Shown: positions 46,926 through 56,205 of the stretch, one piece after another
How positions within the stretch are numbered: the first letter of the stretch is position 1
How the letters are laid out: the number at the start of each line of letters is the position of its first letter
Sequence record: NC_028448.1
Length of the DNA stretch: 64,000 bases
Direction: 5' to 3' (one strand)
From: Escherichia phage slur14
Program-made: the position numbers and the translations under genes
The notes under the pieces: model-generated
What the model was told of the DNA's origin: nothing
What the model saw: the letters and a program-made list of their open reading frames with translations, nothing else
Database searches by the model: none

Positions 46926-48741
46926 ACTGACTCATCCATTCTTTGCGAAGGTCAGCATTATCTCCCATGAGCATTTCAAAAAGCTCTTTCCAGTTCTCAG
47001 GAAGTTTAACAACATCATATACTGGATTTTGAATCATTTCACGATATTCAGATTTTTCCAAAGAGCCAAGTCCTTTAATATAACGGATGCTATGTTTAGG
47101 TAGAGCATCTTTGGCACTCTCATATTCAGCGACTGTATAAAACCATTCTTGTTTTTTACCGACCTGAGCGATGATTACAGGAGTTTTGACGAAGCGAATT
47201 CTTCCTTGTTCAAACAGTTCTGGCCAATTACTAAAAAATCCGAGCAGAGAAGGATAAATGCTTCCTAGACCATCGTGGTCAGCATCGGTCATAATAGCAA
47301 TATTATGATAATTCAAGTTTTCAGCCTTTTCACCAAGAACTAATCCAGTGATTGCGCAAATGTCAAACAGTTCTTTGTTTTTAAGCATATCGGCATATGA
47401 CATACCCCAACTGTTGAGAACTTTACCACGCAATGGATAACCACCATGAAGTTCTTTATCACGAACATCAATAAGATATCCGATAGCAGAATCACCCTCA
47501 GTCAAGAACAATGTAGTGTCAGCATCTTTACCGCACAGATTAGCTTTAATATGTTTATGAACCTTTGCCTTAGAAGCCTTTTTAGCTGCTTTAGTTTCTG
47601 CTGCTTTTTCTGCCGCCAATTTACGAGCCAAAGCAGCTTCAATAATCGGCATCAGAATTGCTTCATTATTTAGAATAGCGCGTGAAATCTTTTTAGCGTC
47701 AAGTTGAATATGACTACGAATTTCGCCAAATGGAGAAGTCAAACGCTCTTTAGTTTGAGAATCAAATCGCATGTTTTTCATATCACGAACAAACATAACG
47801 ATTGTCAAACATTCTTTTACACGCGCTTTAGTTACATCAATTTTGAACTTACGTTTGATTTGTGGAATAAGGTCTTCACAAATATCATCCATAACACAGT
47901 CAATGTGATGGCCACCATTCTTAGTGTGAATGTTATTCACGTAAGTTAATTGACGAAATCCATCCGGTGAACGACCAACCGCAATAGAACAATTTTCTTG
48001 TTCTTGAACGATAGCATGCTCATCATATTGGCGTGCATATTTCTTAAAATTGCCCTGAACCTTTTTACCATTAAAGGTAAATTGAATATCAGGATAAACT
48101 ACTGCAAGTGTCTGGAGACGATCTAGTGTAATGTCAAGATAAACTTGGGACAGCTCATTAGTTTCAAATGACATAAAATCAGGAATGAAAGTAACACGAG
48201 TTCCTTTCCATTTTCCAGGAATATCTTCCCATGATTTATTTTCCATGCCGTTTGAACAACGAACTACAATATTATTTTGACCATCACCAGTTTCACCGAC
48301 AAACATCACAGAAAAAATGTTTGTCAAACTAGAACCAACACCATTCATACCGCCAGTGACGCGTTCTTTATCATCGCCAAAGTTACCACCTGCTTTTGGA
48401 ATAGTCCATGCAGCAACAGGACCAGGAATTTCTTCACCGGTAGGTGTTTTAACCATCGCCTGTGGAATACCACGACCGTTATCTTCAACTGTTACTTGAT
48501 TGTTTTTAATAGTAACATTAATTTTATTTGCGAATTTAAACTTAGTACGAATACCTTCATCTACTGAGTTATCGATAATTTCATCAATAAGCTTAACAAG
48601 ACCAGGTACATACTGAACACTTTCCCATTTACCAAACAGAAAGCGCTCATGCATTTCATTAGCAGAAGAGCCAATGTACATGCCGCTACGCTTTTTGATA
48701 TGTTCAATATCGCTCAGAATTTTAATTTCATTCTTAATCAT
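46924..48741 (-). CDS. 39: DNA topoisomerase II large subunit, fused 39/60 form (GyrB-like)
   Basis: 605 aa from ATG at 48739-48741; one frame containing ATPase region and a C-terminal ~115 aa (...IAIMTDADHDGLGSIYPSLLGFFSNWPELFEQGRIRFVKTP...) that T4 encodes separately as gene 60. Confidence 0.95.
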   Translation of the reverse strand: MIKNEIKILSDIEHIKKRSGMYIGSSANEMHERFLFGKWESVQYVPGLVKLIDEIIDNSVDEGIRTKFKFANKINVTIKNNQVTVEDNGRGIPQAMVKTPTGEEIPGPVAAWTIPKAGGNFGDDKERVTGGMNGVGSSLTNIFSVMFVGETGDGQNNIVVRCSNGMENKSWEDIPGKWKGTRVTFIPDFMSFETNELSQVYLDITLDRLQTLAVVYPDIQFTFNGKKVQGNFKKYARQYDEHAIVQEQENCSIAVGRSPDGFRQLTYVNNIHTKNGGHHIDCVMDDICEDLIPQIKRKFKIDVTKARVKECLTIVMFVRDMKNMRFDSQTKERLTSPFGEIRSHIQLDAKKISRAILNNEAILMPIIEAALARKLAAEKAAETKAAKKASKAKVHKHIKANLCGKDADTTLFLTEGDSAIGYLIDVRDKELHGGYPLRGKVLNSWGMSYADMLKNKELFDICAITGLVLGEKAENLNYHNIAIMTDADHDGLGSIYPSLLGFFSNWPELFEQGRIRFVKTPVIIAQVGKKQEWFYTVAEYESAKDALPKHSIRYIKGLGSLEKSEYREMIQNPVYDVVKLPENWKELFEMLMGDNADLRKEWMSQ

Positions 48742-48810
48742 CACTTATCCTCGTTTGGTTTCGGGAATATTATACTCCGGTAATCATAAAGCTAAAGGCC
48801 CGAAGGCCTT

Positions 48811-49080
48811 TTATTTAAAACGAATAGTTGAATCCTTAAAGAACAGCCCAGAACATACTGTTCCTTCTACTTTCTGCCCAGTAGGTCCAATAGCACGAAA
48901 TCCAGTATGTTGGAAATCATTTTCAGAACAACCAAACCAATTATATCCAGTGATTTCAATATTAGTAAAACCACTTGAAGATAAAACTTTGGTTGCATTA
49001 TCAGCATCAGTACATCCTGCTAAAGACACTGCTAATACTAATGCCGCGATAGAACGATTAATATATTTCATAATTTTCAC
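48811..49080 (-). CDS. putative lipoprotein
   Basis: 89 aa; signal peptide with lipobox LAGC. Confidence 0.6.
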   Translation of the reverse strand: MKIMKYINRSIAALVLAVSLAGCTDADNATKVLSSSGFTNIEITGYNWFGCSENDFQHTGFRAIGPTGQKVEGTVCSGLFFKDSTIRFK

Positions 49081-49448
49081 TCAAATTTAATGGCTTGAAG
49101 AAGACTAATAATTCTCAAGCGACTTCTTTCATCTTTAACTGTAAAAGAAAGGGGGTCACCAGATTTCATAGTAATGGTACATTCAAAATCAAAATCTTCG
49201 GAAACTTCTTTGAAGAAGTCAAATTCTTCATCATAAATTAGAACATTACTCTGACAACTATGAAGAATTTTTCCATCATTTCCAGATGCTGTACTAATCA
49301 TTGTAACATTATGACCTTTCATATCTTCAACGATAAATTCACTAGTCAATATTACAGCATTAATAGAACTATTCCTATTACTAGCAGAAAGTAGATATTT
49401 CTGTTCTTCACCTTCACGAATGCGATATTTCTTACCAATTTTAAACAT
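49077..49448 (-). CDS. hypothetical protein
   Basis: 123-aa ORF. Confidence 0.6.
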   Translation of the reverse strand: MFKIGKKYRIREGEEQKYLLSASNRNSSINAVILTSEFIVEDMKGHNVTMISTASGNDGKILHSCQSNVLIYDEEFDFFKEVSEDFDFECTITMKSGDPLSFTVKDERSRLRIISLLQAIKFE

Positions 49449-49450
49449 AA

Positions 49451-49627
49451 TTACCCTTTAAGTAAGTCGTAAAAACCACCATTCACATGCTTAGGAGCAG
49501 AAGGCCGACGAGTAGACAAACGATGACATTTAGGGCAAACATCATTTTCTCGTTCAGAAATCTTTTTAATTTTTTCATATTCATGCCCGCAATCTTCGGA
49601 TTGGCATTTATAATCATACATTGGCAT
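49451..49627 (-). CDS. zinc-ribbon small protein (CxxC...CxxC)
   Basis: 58-aa ORF not in track: MPMYDYKCQSEDCGHEYEKIKKISERENDVCPKCHRL...; AGGA SD. Confidence 0.55.
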   Translation of the reverse strand: MPMYDYKCQSEDCGHEYEKIKKISERENDVCPKCHRLSTRRPSAPKHVNGGFYDLLKG

Positions 49628-49629
49628 AA

Positions 49630-50049
49630 TTATTCCTTAAAGTGTGCTTTCAACATCTGATACAAGGACCATGCCTGTTCATTATTTTCAATAGTAACTT
49701 TCATGACTGGGAATTTTGTGAAATCTTCTATTTGTTCTTGCTCTTCCTGCTCTTGTTCTTCAGCTGCCTGATATGGATTTTCCACTTCATCAAAGAACCC
49801 AGCTTCGTTAGTAGAAAGCCAGATAAAGTTTTCGTCAAGGATATCACCATGTGTTGCATATCCAACTGTGCCAGTAGATGTCACAATTTTAGTAGGACGA
49901 CCAAGATGGTCAACATCTAAAATTTTAAAAGGATGCATACCTAAGCGGCGTGCATAGATTCCGTTATCAGTATGGTCTTTAATAAAAGCTTCTTGAGCTT
50001 GTTTATTTTTAAATTGATACCATTTATTAACTTCAAATTTAATAGCCAT
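49630..50049 (-). CDS. hypothetical protein with acidic EQEQEEQEQ tract
   Basis: 139-aa ORF. Confidence 0.6.
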   Translation of the reverse strand: MAIKFEVNKWYQFKNKQAQEAFIKDHTDNGIYARRLGMHPFKILDVDHLGRPTKIVTSTGTVGYATHGDILDENFIWLSTNEAGFFDEVENPYQAAEEQEQEEQEQIEDFTKFPVMKVTIENNEQAWSLYQMLKAHFKE

Positions 50050-50264
50050 TAATAAATTTCCTTCCAGTAAGTTGTACCGTCTTCAGTGATTTCACGGAAT
50101 ACACCATAAATCGGTTGTTTATCACCAACCTTTTCATACACATAAACCGAAGTCAAGTGAGTAAACTTGATGGTGTGTTCCTTTTGAACTACTACCAAAT
50201 TTGGATCGAATAATACATCTTCAAATTCGTCATTAGTGCAGTTCTGAACAATTTTACGTTTCAT
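50049..50264 (-). CDS. hypothetical protein
   Basis: 71-aa ORF. Confidence 0.5.
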   Translation of the reverse strand: MKRKIVQNCTNDEFEDVLFDPNLVVVQKEHTIKFTHLTSVYVYEKVGDKQPIYGVFREITEDGTTYWKEIY

Positions 50265-50277
50265 TACAATTTCCTCA

Positions 50278-50559
50278 TTAATTGAACAGTGGAGCGATGC
50301 GTTTCAGAAGAGTAGCAGCACCTTTGGCGAATTTTACATCATGAAAAACAGTTTCTTCTTCCGTTACAACACGAGCTTTAATGTTTTCACAATCCCAATT
50401 TTTACGAACAATCTTCAAAAGCTGCAGTAAATCTTTACATTCAGCAATATCGATAACACATCCACGAGAATCTTCCATTATCGCACGATAACCATAAGCC
50501 ATACCATAATCGTTGAAAGATTGCTCGATGATAATTAAGTTTTCCATTTTATTCTCCAA
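50278..50559 (-). CDS. hypothetical protein
   Basis: 93-aa ORF with promoter cassette upstream. Confidence 0.55.
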   Translation of the reverse strand: MENKMENLIIIEQSFNDYGMAYGYRAIMEDSRGCVIDIAECKDLLQLLKIVRKNWDCENIKARVVTEEETVFHDVKFAKGAATLLKRIAPLFN

Positions 50560-50644
50560 GTTGTTTTCTGTATCAGTAGTTGATATTGATATAGTACCAT
50601 AATCAACTACTGATGTATATAGTTTTATGAAAAAATTTTAAACT

Positions 50645-51136
50645 TTATGCATAACGAGCTTTGCTATAGTGTTTAATCCAGCTTTCAGGAATGACTTTGT
50701 ATGTTCCTAAAAATACCGTGTTGTACAACTTAACACCGTCTTCTACCCATTGATCGGTAATGTATGCACACATAGCGCGAGTACGGTTAACAACACCTTC
50801 CTCACCTTCAGTAAATTCAAACTCATAAGGAGCAACGAACTTGATAGCTTGACCGAGTTTCCACTTAAAGTCTACACCTACATGCGAAGTATCAATCGTT
50901 TCAATTCCTTTAGCGGGAACAGCTTTCAAAAACGCAGGCTCAAGAAATTTCCATCGAACATAACCAAACTGAGGTTTAGACATTCCATCTTTAGGAATGA
51001 TACGCACTTTTACTTCAGAATCTTCATCTTTAACACCATGTTTAAGCTGAATGCTTACGACTTCAACCAATTTTCCTGCTGCTTTAGAACGGGATTTATC
51101 AGATACACGAGCAATTTCACCGATATTAATATTCAT
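50645..51136 (-). CDS. motB: MotB, DNA-binding modifier of transcription
   Basis: 163 aa, MNINIGEIARVSDKSRSKAAGKLVEV...; position between 39 cluster and dexA. Confidence 0.8.
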   Translation of the reverse strand: MNINIGEIARVSDKSRSKAAGKLVEVVSIQLKHGVKDEDSEVKVRIIPKDGMSKPQFGYVRWKFLEPAFLKAVPAKGIETIDTSHVGVDFKWKLGQAIKFVAPYEFEFTEGEEGVVNRTRAMCAYITDQWVEDGVKLYNTVFLGTYKVIPESWIKHYSKARYA

Positions 51137-51209
51137 AATTATCTCTCACTTGTTAAAAAGATTTTATACTCCGCAGGACCATTATACTCTGGTCCCAAGA
51201 GTTTGTAAA

Positions 51210-51713
51210 CTAGCTTACACGAACATTAATCACTGCGCTGCGAGGAACTACAGAGTACTCTCCAGCATGAACTACATTAAGAAGTTCAACGCCATCTTCA
51301 ATCCACTGGTCAGTTACCCAACCGCCGACCGGATTCGCGAATGGACGACGAATGTAAACTGCCTTACACAACAAATCAGTCGGGTCTTCAATTTTTTCAA
51401 CTGGTGCCACATACATAGAAACTAAATCCATATCAATATGGGATTTTTCCTGTTCTTCTTTTTCAATTTCTGTCAATAGACTAAAATCTTTTTCATAAAT
51501 AATAAGCGATGACACCATTCCATAATAGTTTCTAATTTCAATATACATCATGCCGATAAGAATTCCGCTATTAACACTAATAACAGTAAAAGGATATCCG
51601 CCAGTTAAAGCAAGAAGTTCACAAAACTTATTATGAGCTGTATTAGACAGTACCGGAAAATTCTTAATTTCATCAAATTTTTTCAATTGATAAACAGCAT
51701 TATTTTTAATCAT
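51210..51713 (-). CDS. MotB C-terminal-domain paralogue
   Basis: 167 aa; C-terminus TDQWIEDGVELLNVVHAGEYSVVP aligns with MotB TDQWVEDGVKLYNTVFLGTYKVIP. Confidence 0.6.
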   Translation of the reverse strand: MIKNNAVYQLKKFDEIKNFPVLSNTAHNKFCELLALTGGYPFTVISVNSGILIGMMYIEIRNYYGMVSSLIIYEKDFSLLTEIEKEEQEKSHIDMDLVSMYVAPVEKIEDPTDLLCKAVYIRRPFANPVGGWVTDQWIEDGVELLNVVHAGEYSVVPRSAVINVRVS

Positions 51714-51723
51714 AATTTTCTCT

Positions 51724-52227
51724 TTAATCTAAGGTAATAAAGCCTTTTAGTTCGGCATGTGACTTGCGGAACATTACTTGATGCCCGCCAACGATAACTT
51801 GGTCATCTGGTACTTCGTATACAGCAAGATAAAATCCTTTCGAAGCTAATTCTTCACGCTCTTCTCGTGTGAACCATCTCATCATATCATATTCGCTAGC
51901 GAAAGCAAAATGATAAAGAGCTATAAACCATCCTGGAATATAGTGATCTACGCCTACATATTCTTCTTTCTCAAAATTAGTATTAATTGCTATATTAGCA
52001 TTTTTAACTAATAATTTGTCTTCATGCGGCACAGGAATTCTTTTATTATCATTACTATGATGCATAAAATTGGGTCTGTCATAACCTACGCGTAATAACC
52101 ACTCTTCACTCCATGAATCTATTATACTCCTGTACGGAGTTATTTGAACACAAAGATCTCGACGTATTGTTATAGCATCTTCATAATTAAGAATACTAAA
52201 TGATGATTCAACACGATAAATTTTCAT
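51724..52227 (-). CDS. hypothetical protein
   Basis: 167-aa ORF; early promoter upstream. Confidence 0.6.
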   Translation of the reverse strand: MKIYRVESSFSILNYEDAITIRRDLCVQITPYRSIIDSWSEEWLLRVGYDRPNFMHHSNDNKRIPVPHEDKLLVKNANIAINTNFEKEEYVGVDHYIPGWFIALYHFAFASEYDMMRWFTREEREELASKGFYLAVYEVPDDQVIVGGHQVMFRKSHAELKGFITLD

Positions 52228-52290
52228 TTTATTATCCTCAGTAGCTATGGTGTTATAATACCATAACTAACCGAGGAAGTAAACAACTTT

Positions 52291-52974
52291 TTATCGTTTA
52301 ATTGGAAGAGATAGAGGATCGCATTCTTCCTCTGACGGAGCATCTTCAAGACCCATAGCGTATCGCAAAGCATACTTCATCATCAGAATGTCTTTCGCAC
52401 AGTCATGAATAGAATCATGTGCAACGAATCCATCTAAAGTTCCTTTTGGAAGAGGACACGTGGTCATATCACGAACAAGCAGAAGTGCTTCAATTCTGGT
52501 ACGAATATCACGCTGATTCCAGAATTTACAAGGTTCTAACTTAAATGTATCAAGCTCATTCTCGGAAACGCCGTTAAGACGTTGAATATCGCGAATGAGA
52601 TCGACTAAAATTGGAAAATCAAACGACATTCCACGGCACCAACCTTGAGATTTCCAAGGATCGATGTTATGTGCATTGATGTAATCATTAAATTTTGCAA
52701 TACCATCGATAGTGCTTACATCTTCATCGGATGGTGCAATATTTTTTCGAGCTTCAGGAGATTGATTCTTCCACCATTCGATAGTACTTTTAGTAAAAAG
52801 ACGATGTCCTTTTTGGCTTTTTAAATCAAATTTGATTTTAATGCCACGTGAAACTAATTCATCAAATGTTTCAACCACTTCTGGATTAGGGTCAAAAGCA
52901 ATTACAGCTAAATCAATAACCGCTGCTTTTTCACCACTTCCCATTGTTTCAAAATCTATAATAAAATCAAACAT
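52291..52974 (-). CDS. dexA: exonuclease A (DEDD 3'-5' exonuclease)
   Basis: 227 aa, MFDFIIDFETMG... (exo I motif D-x-E). Confidence 0.9.
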   Translation of the reverse strand: MFDFIIDFETMGSGEKAAVIDLAVIAFDPNPEVVETFDELVSRGIKIKFDLKSQKGHRLFTKSTIEWWKNQSPEARKNIAPSDEDVSTIDGIAKFNDYINAHNIDPWKSQGWCRGMSFDFPILVDLIRDIQRLNGVSENELDTFKLEPCKFWNQRDIRTRIEALLLVRDMTTCPLPKGTLDGFVAHDSIHDCAKDILMMKYALRYAMGLEDAPSEEECDPLSLPIKR

Positions 52975-53231
52975 TAAATTTTCCTCGCTAAATCACGAAT
53001 TTGACCTACAGTATAGTCTTGAATATAAACTTTATTGATAGGCTCATCAATAAATTTTGCCATAGATTCAATGTCTTTTTGTATTTCTTCAAGACTGTAT
53101 ACTATCTTTAAAGCTTTTTCGCGAATAGTAATATTTTCAGGACCCTGATTTTCTTTAATGACAGCTTTAACATTTGCCATAAGAGATTTAAATTGGTACC
53201 AACTTAATTCAATCATTAATAATCGCCTCAT
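52974..53231 (-). CDS. hypothetical protein (dexA.1 position), tandem paralogue
   Basis: 85 aa; shares pattern with the next ORF (MRxL...QF...LEEIxxDL...DYxxGxI). Confidence 0.55.
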   Translation of the reverse strand: MRRLLMIELSWYQFKSLMANVKAVIKENQGPENITIREKALKIVYSLEEIQKDIESMAKFIDEPINKVYIQDYTVGQIRDLARKI

Positions 53232-53469
53232 AAAGATAGCTAATTTCGCCTAAAACATAATCATTAATTGTAACAGTTTTCACTTCACCGCAAAAGAATT
53301 CTAACGCAATTAAATCTCGTTCAATTTCTTCTAATTGAAGCATCAACTTACTAGATTCAATTTTTACAGTTTCACGATTTTTACCATGAGCAATTTCATA
53401 AATTTCGCTCACTTTATCTTGAAGCAGATAAAACTGGTCTTTAGTTATTTCCACGAATAGCTTCCTCAA
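53209..53469 (-). CDS. hypothetical protein (dexA.2 position), tandem paralogue
   Basis: 86 aa; paralogous to the preceding ORF. Confidence 0.55.
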   Translation of the reverse strand: MRKLFVEITKDQFYLLQDKVSEIYEIAHGKNRETVKIESSKLMLQLEEIERDLIALEFFCGEVKTVTINDYVLGEISYLYEAIIND

Positions 53470-53701
53470 ATTTAATTAGTAATTTACAGACACTTTCATC
53501 TAGTGTAATTACCGTATCTGTATTACTGTGATATGATTGTTTTTCAATTCGTTTAATTGCTAATATAGTATCACTTATAAGATAAAGCTTATGAAGGAGC
53601 TCAGCTCCTGTTACCATAACATTAAGATTATCTTGCTTATTAGTATGCTTCCTTATACCATCTATTAGACGATTTAAATATTTTGAATTGATGTTAATCA
53701 T
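53441..53701 (-). CDS. hypothetical protein
   Basis: 86-aa ORF. Confidence 0.5.
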   Translation of the reverse strand: MININSKYLNRLIDGIRKHTNKQDNLNVMVTGAELLHKLYLISDTILAIKRIEKQSYHSNTDTVITLDESVCKLLIKFEEAIRGNN

Positions 53702-53707
53702 ATAGCC

Positions 53708-55027
53708 TCACACATAAAACACATCATAACGACCACGGGTGACACCAACATAAAGAAGCTGCTGAGCTAGTTCAGCATCTGCATAATGAATACAAGGCGT
53801 ATAAATGAAAGCACGGTCTACAGACATACCCTGAGCTTTATGGAATGTTGATGCAGGAAGTGCTTTCACTTTACTAAACTGTGATTTAGCATCCCAAAAA
53901 TCACTCCACGGAGCTTTTCCGCCTTTGTTCCAATTTTTATAAGTTTCTGCCGTTTTACCTAAAAATAGGTTAAACTTATATAGCTCTTCATCAGATGAAA
54001 TTATTTTAATCTTTTCACGATAATATTCATCATCGCCGTAAGTTTCTACTGTTAAATCCCAATGACGAATTAAGTATTCTCCAGGAACACCACGAGCTTT
54101 AACAAATGTTGATGTATACTCTGCTTCTATAATACGAACTAATTGTCCGTTATTAAAAATAATTTCTGACACAGGCTTTCCATCAATTTTATATGTTTTA
54201 ATTAATGGTTCCTGCATTACAATAATTTCACCGACAATAAAATCTTTATCAGTTTCAAAAATCTTTTTACGAATAATGCTATTTAACTTATCAACAGATT
54301 TATTCGTAAATGCCATTACGCGATTTTCAAACAAATCATCTAAAGATTTGACGATTGAAAAATAATTTACCATAAAATCGCGTAAAGCGGTATCACCAGT
54401 AAATCCACGTACTCCATGCCCGTCAACAACTTTATCATAAATCCACTTACCATTACGAACGTCAGTAGCTACATCAATAATAGGAGCATTACTGCGTTTA
54501 ACTTCAGTGAGTTCACACTGATAAAAATCTTTATGTGTAAAGAACGGACTGATATAAGCAGTGTTTTCTCCTGGGTCAACAGGTCTAATTTGCTTATTAT
54601 CGCCTATTCCAATTATAGTACACCAAGGTGGGATAGTTGAAAGCAGAATTTTAAATAGCTTTCTATCATACATTGACACTTCGTCGCAGATTAATACCCT
54701 GCATTTAGCTAAATCTGGTACTTCCTTCTGCTCAAAAAGAACATTTTCTTCATATGTTACTGGGTTAATTTTAAGAATACTATGAATAGTACTCGCTTCT
54801 TTCCCTGATAGTTTTGAAAGAATCTTTTTAGCCGCATGCGTAGGAGCTGCTAAAATAATACCAGTTTCACCCGTAGATATTAAAGCTTCAATGATGAACT
54901 TAGTAAGAGTAGTCTTACCAGTACCAGCAGGTCCATTAATAGTTACATGATGTTTCTTTTCTTTAATAGCCCTCATAACGATGTTAAAGGCATTTTTCTG
55001 GCCTTCTGTCAAATCATCAAATGTCAT
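53708..55027 (-). CDS. dda: Dda DNA helicase (SF1B)
   Basis: 439 aa; Walker A GPAGTGKTT. Confidence 0.95.
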   Translation of the reverse strand: MTFDDLTEGQKNAFNIVMRAIKEKKHHVTINGPAGTGKTTLTKFIIEALISTGETGIILAAPTHAAKKILSKLSGKEASTIHSILKINPVTYEENVLFEQKEVPDLAKCRVLICDEVSMYDRKLFKILLSTIPPWCTIIGIGDNKQIRPVDPGENTAYISPFFTHKDFYQCELTEVKRSNAPIIDVATDVRNGKWIYDKVVDGHGVRGFTGDTALRDFMVNYFSIVKSLDDLFENRVMAFTNKSVDKLNSIIRKKIFETDKDFIVGEIIVMQEPLIKTYKIDGKPVSEIIFNNGQLVRIIEAEYTSTFVKARGVPGEYLIRHWDLTVETYGDDEYYREKIKIISSDEELYKFNLFLGKTAETYKNWNKGGKAPWSDFWDAKSQFSKVKALPASTFHKAQGMSVDRAFIYTPCIHYADAELAQQLLYVGVTRGRYDVFYV

Positions 55028-55335
55028 CGGAAAGTCCCTGCAATTGGAATACTAACAATACGCCCAGTATCTAGAATTCGTTGATATAATCTTTGTGTAT
55101 CTACATCAGGCTTAACGTGTTTAACTTCTATTTTATTAAACCAAAACTTGCGTGGAGTCTCAACTAGTCTTCGAATTCCCATACCTAAAGCTAGTTTATA
55201 TTGGTCTTTGAGAGTAGTAAAAACTCTATCAGCAATCTCTCTTTCAAAAAATACAGCAGGACGATGTTCATCAAGTGGAACTGGCGCCGTAAATCCGTCT
55301 TTGTCTCGGTAAACTATCGCATATACATAAACCAT
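55024..55335 (-). CDS. hypothetical protein (dda.1 position)
   Basis: 103-aa ORF. Confidence 0.6.
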   Translation of the reverse strand: MVYVYAIVYRDKDGFTAPVPLDEHRPAVFFEREIADRVFTTLKDQYKLALGMGIRRLVETPRKFWFNKIEVKHVKPDVDTQRLYQRILDTGRIVSIPIAGTFR

Positions 55336-55336
55336 A

Positions 55337-56083
55337 TTATCCTCGGATAAGTTTAAAAATTGAACAATTCAGCGGATATCCTCTTTTCAGTTTAAGTTTA
55401 TCAATAAAAGACAAGTTTTGATACCGCTCTACACCTTGAATAATTTTATCACACATATCATATTGCATTTCTGCTTCTGACAACTTTTTCACAATTTTCC
55501 AATCCGAGCCTTTAAGAAGAACGTTCAGTTTAACAACTTCAGCGCCTTCTGCTATGCGAGAACCATCAATACGAGCTTTAAGTGCTATAATCCTTAGCTT
55601 AATATCAGAGGTCTGTTTTGATTTAGAAAGCTTAGAAATGTGTTCAATTCGGTTTTCACGTTTTTTCTGTATAGCTTTAATTTGATTATAAGTCTTTTTG
55701 ATTTTAGCCCATTTCTTTTCATCTAAATTTAGTTTATGAACTTTTTTCGCAGATGAACGACCAATTCGCAAAGCAAACAAATCACGCTTTTCGATCAACT
55801 CTTCTAAAGTATAATCAGAACGAAATGTATTATACTTTTTCTTTACTGCAATAACATTCCCTTTAATGTATCCAACGTTATTATCAAAACGTTCTAATGA
55901 TAATTTCTCTCCTTCAATACGATTATCAAAAGGTTCTCCTGAGTAAGCACAAACTTTCTGATCTAAAATGTTCTTAATGTAATTGAAGTCTAAGTTAAAA
56001 TCTTTAGAACGTCTTTTTGCAGATGCCTGGGTATGCTCTAGACGACGTTTAATTTTACGAATTTGGTTATTAGACAGCTTCAT
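55337..56083 (-). CDS. srd: Srd (sigma-related early protein)
   Basis: 248-aa basic protein between dda and modA as in T4; name from position and size. Confidence 0.7.
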   Translation of the reverse strand: MKLSNNQIRKIKRRLEHTQASAKRRSKDFNLDFNYIKNILDQKVCAYSGEPFDNRIEGEKLSLERFDNNVGYIKGNVIAVKKKYNTFRSDYTLEELIEKRDLFALRIGRSSAKKVHKLNLDEKKWAKIKKTYNQIKAIQKKRENRIEHISKLSKSKQTSDIKLRIIALKARIDGSRIAEGAEVVKLNVLLKGSDWKIVKKLSEAEMQYDMCDKIIQGVERYQNLSFIDKLKLKRGYPLNCSIFKLIRG

Positions 56084-56205
56084 ATTTTTCTCACATCTTA
56101 CGGACGGTTAACTACTTATACTATAACATTTTTACTTTAACTTGTAAACAACTTTATGAAAAATGCTTTAAAACTTTCATGGTATAATGAATCTAAGTCC
56201 TTCCA

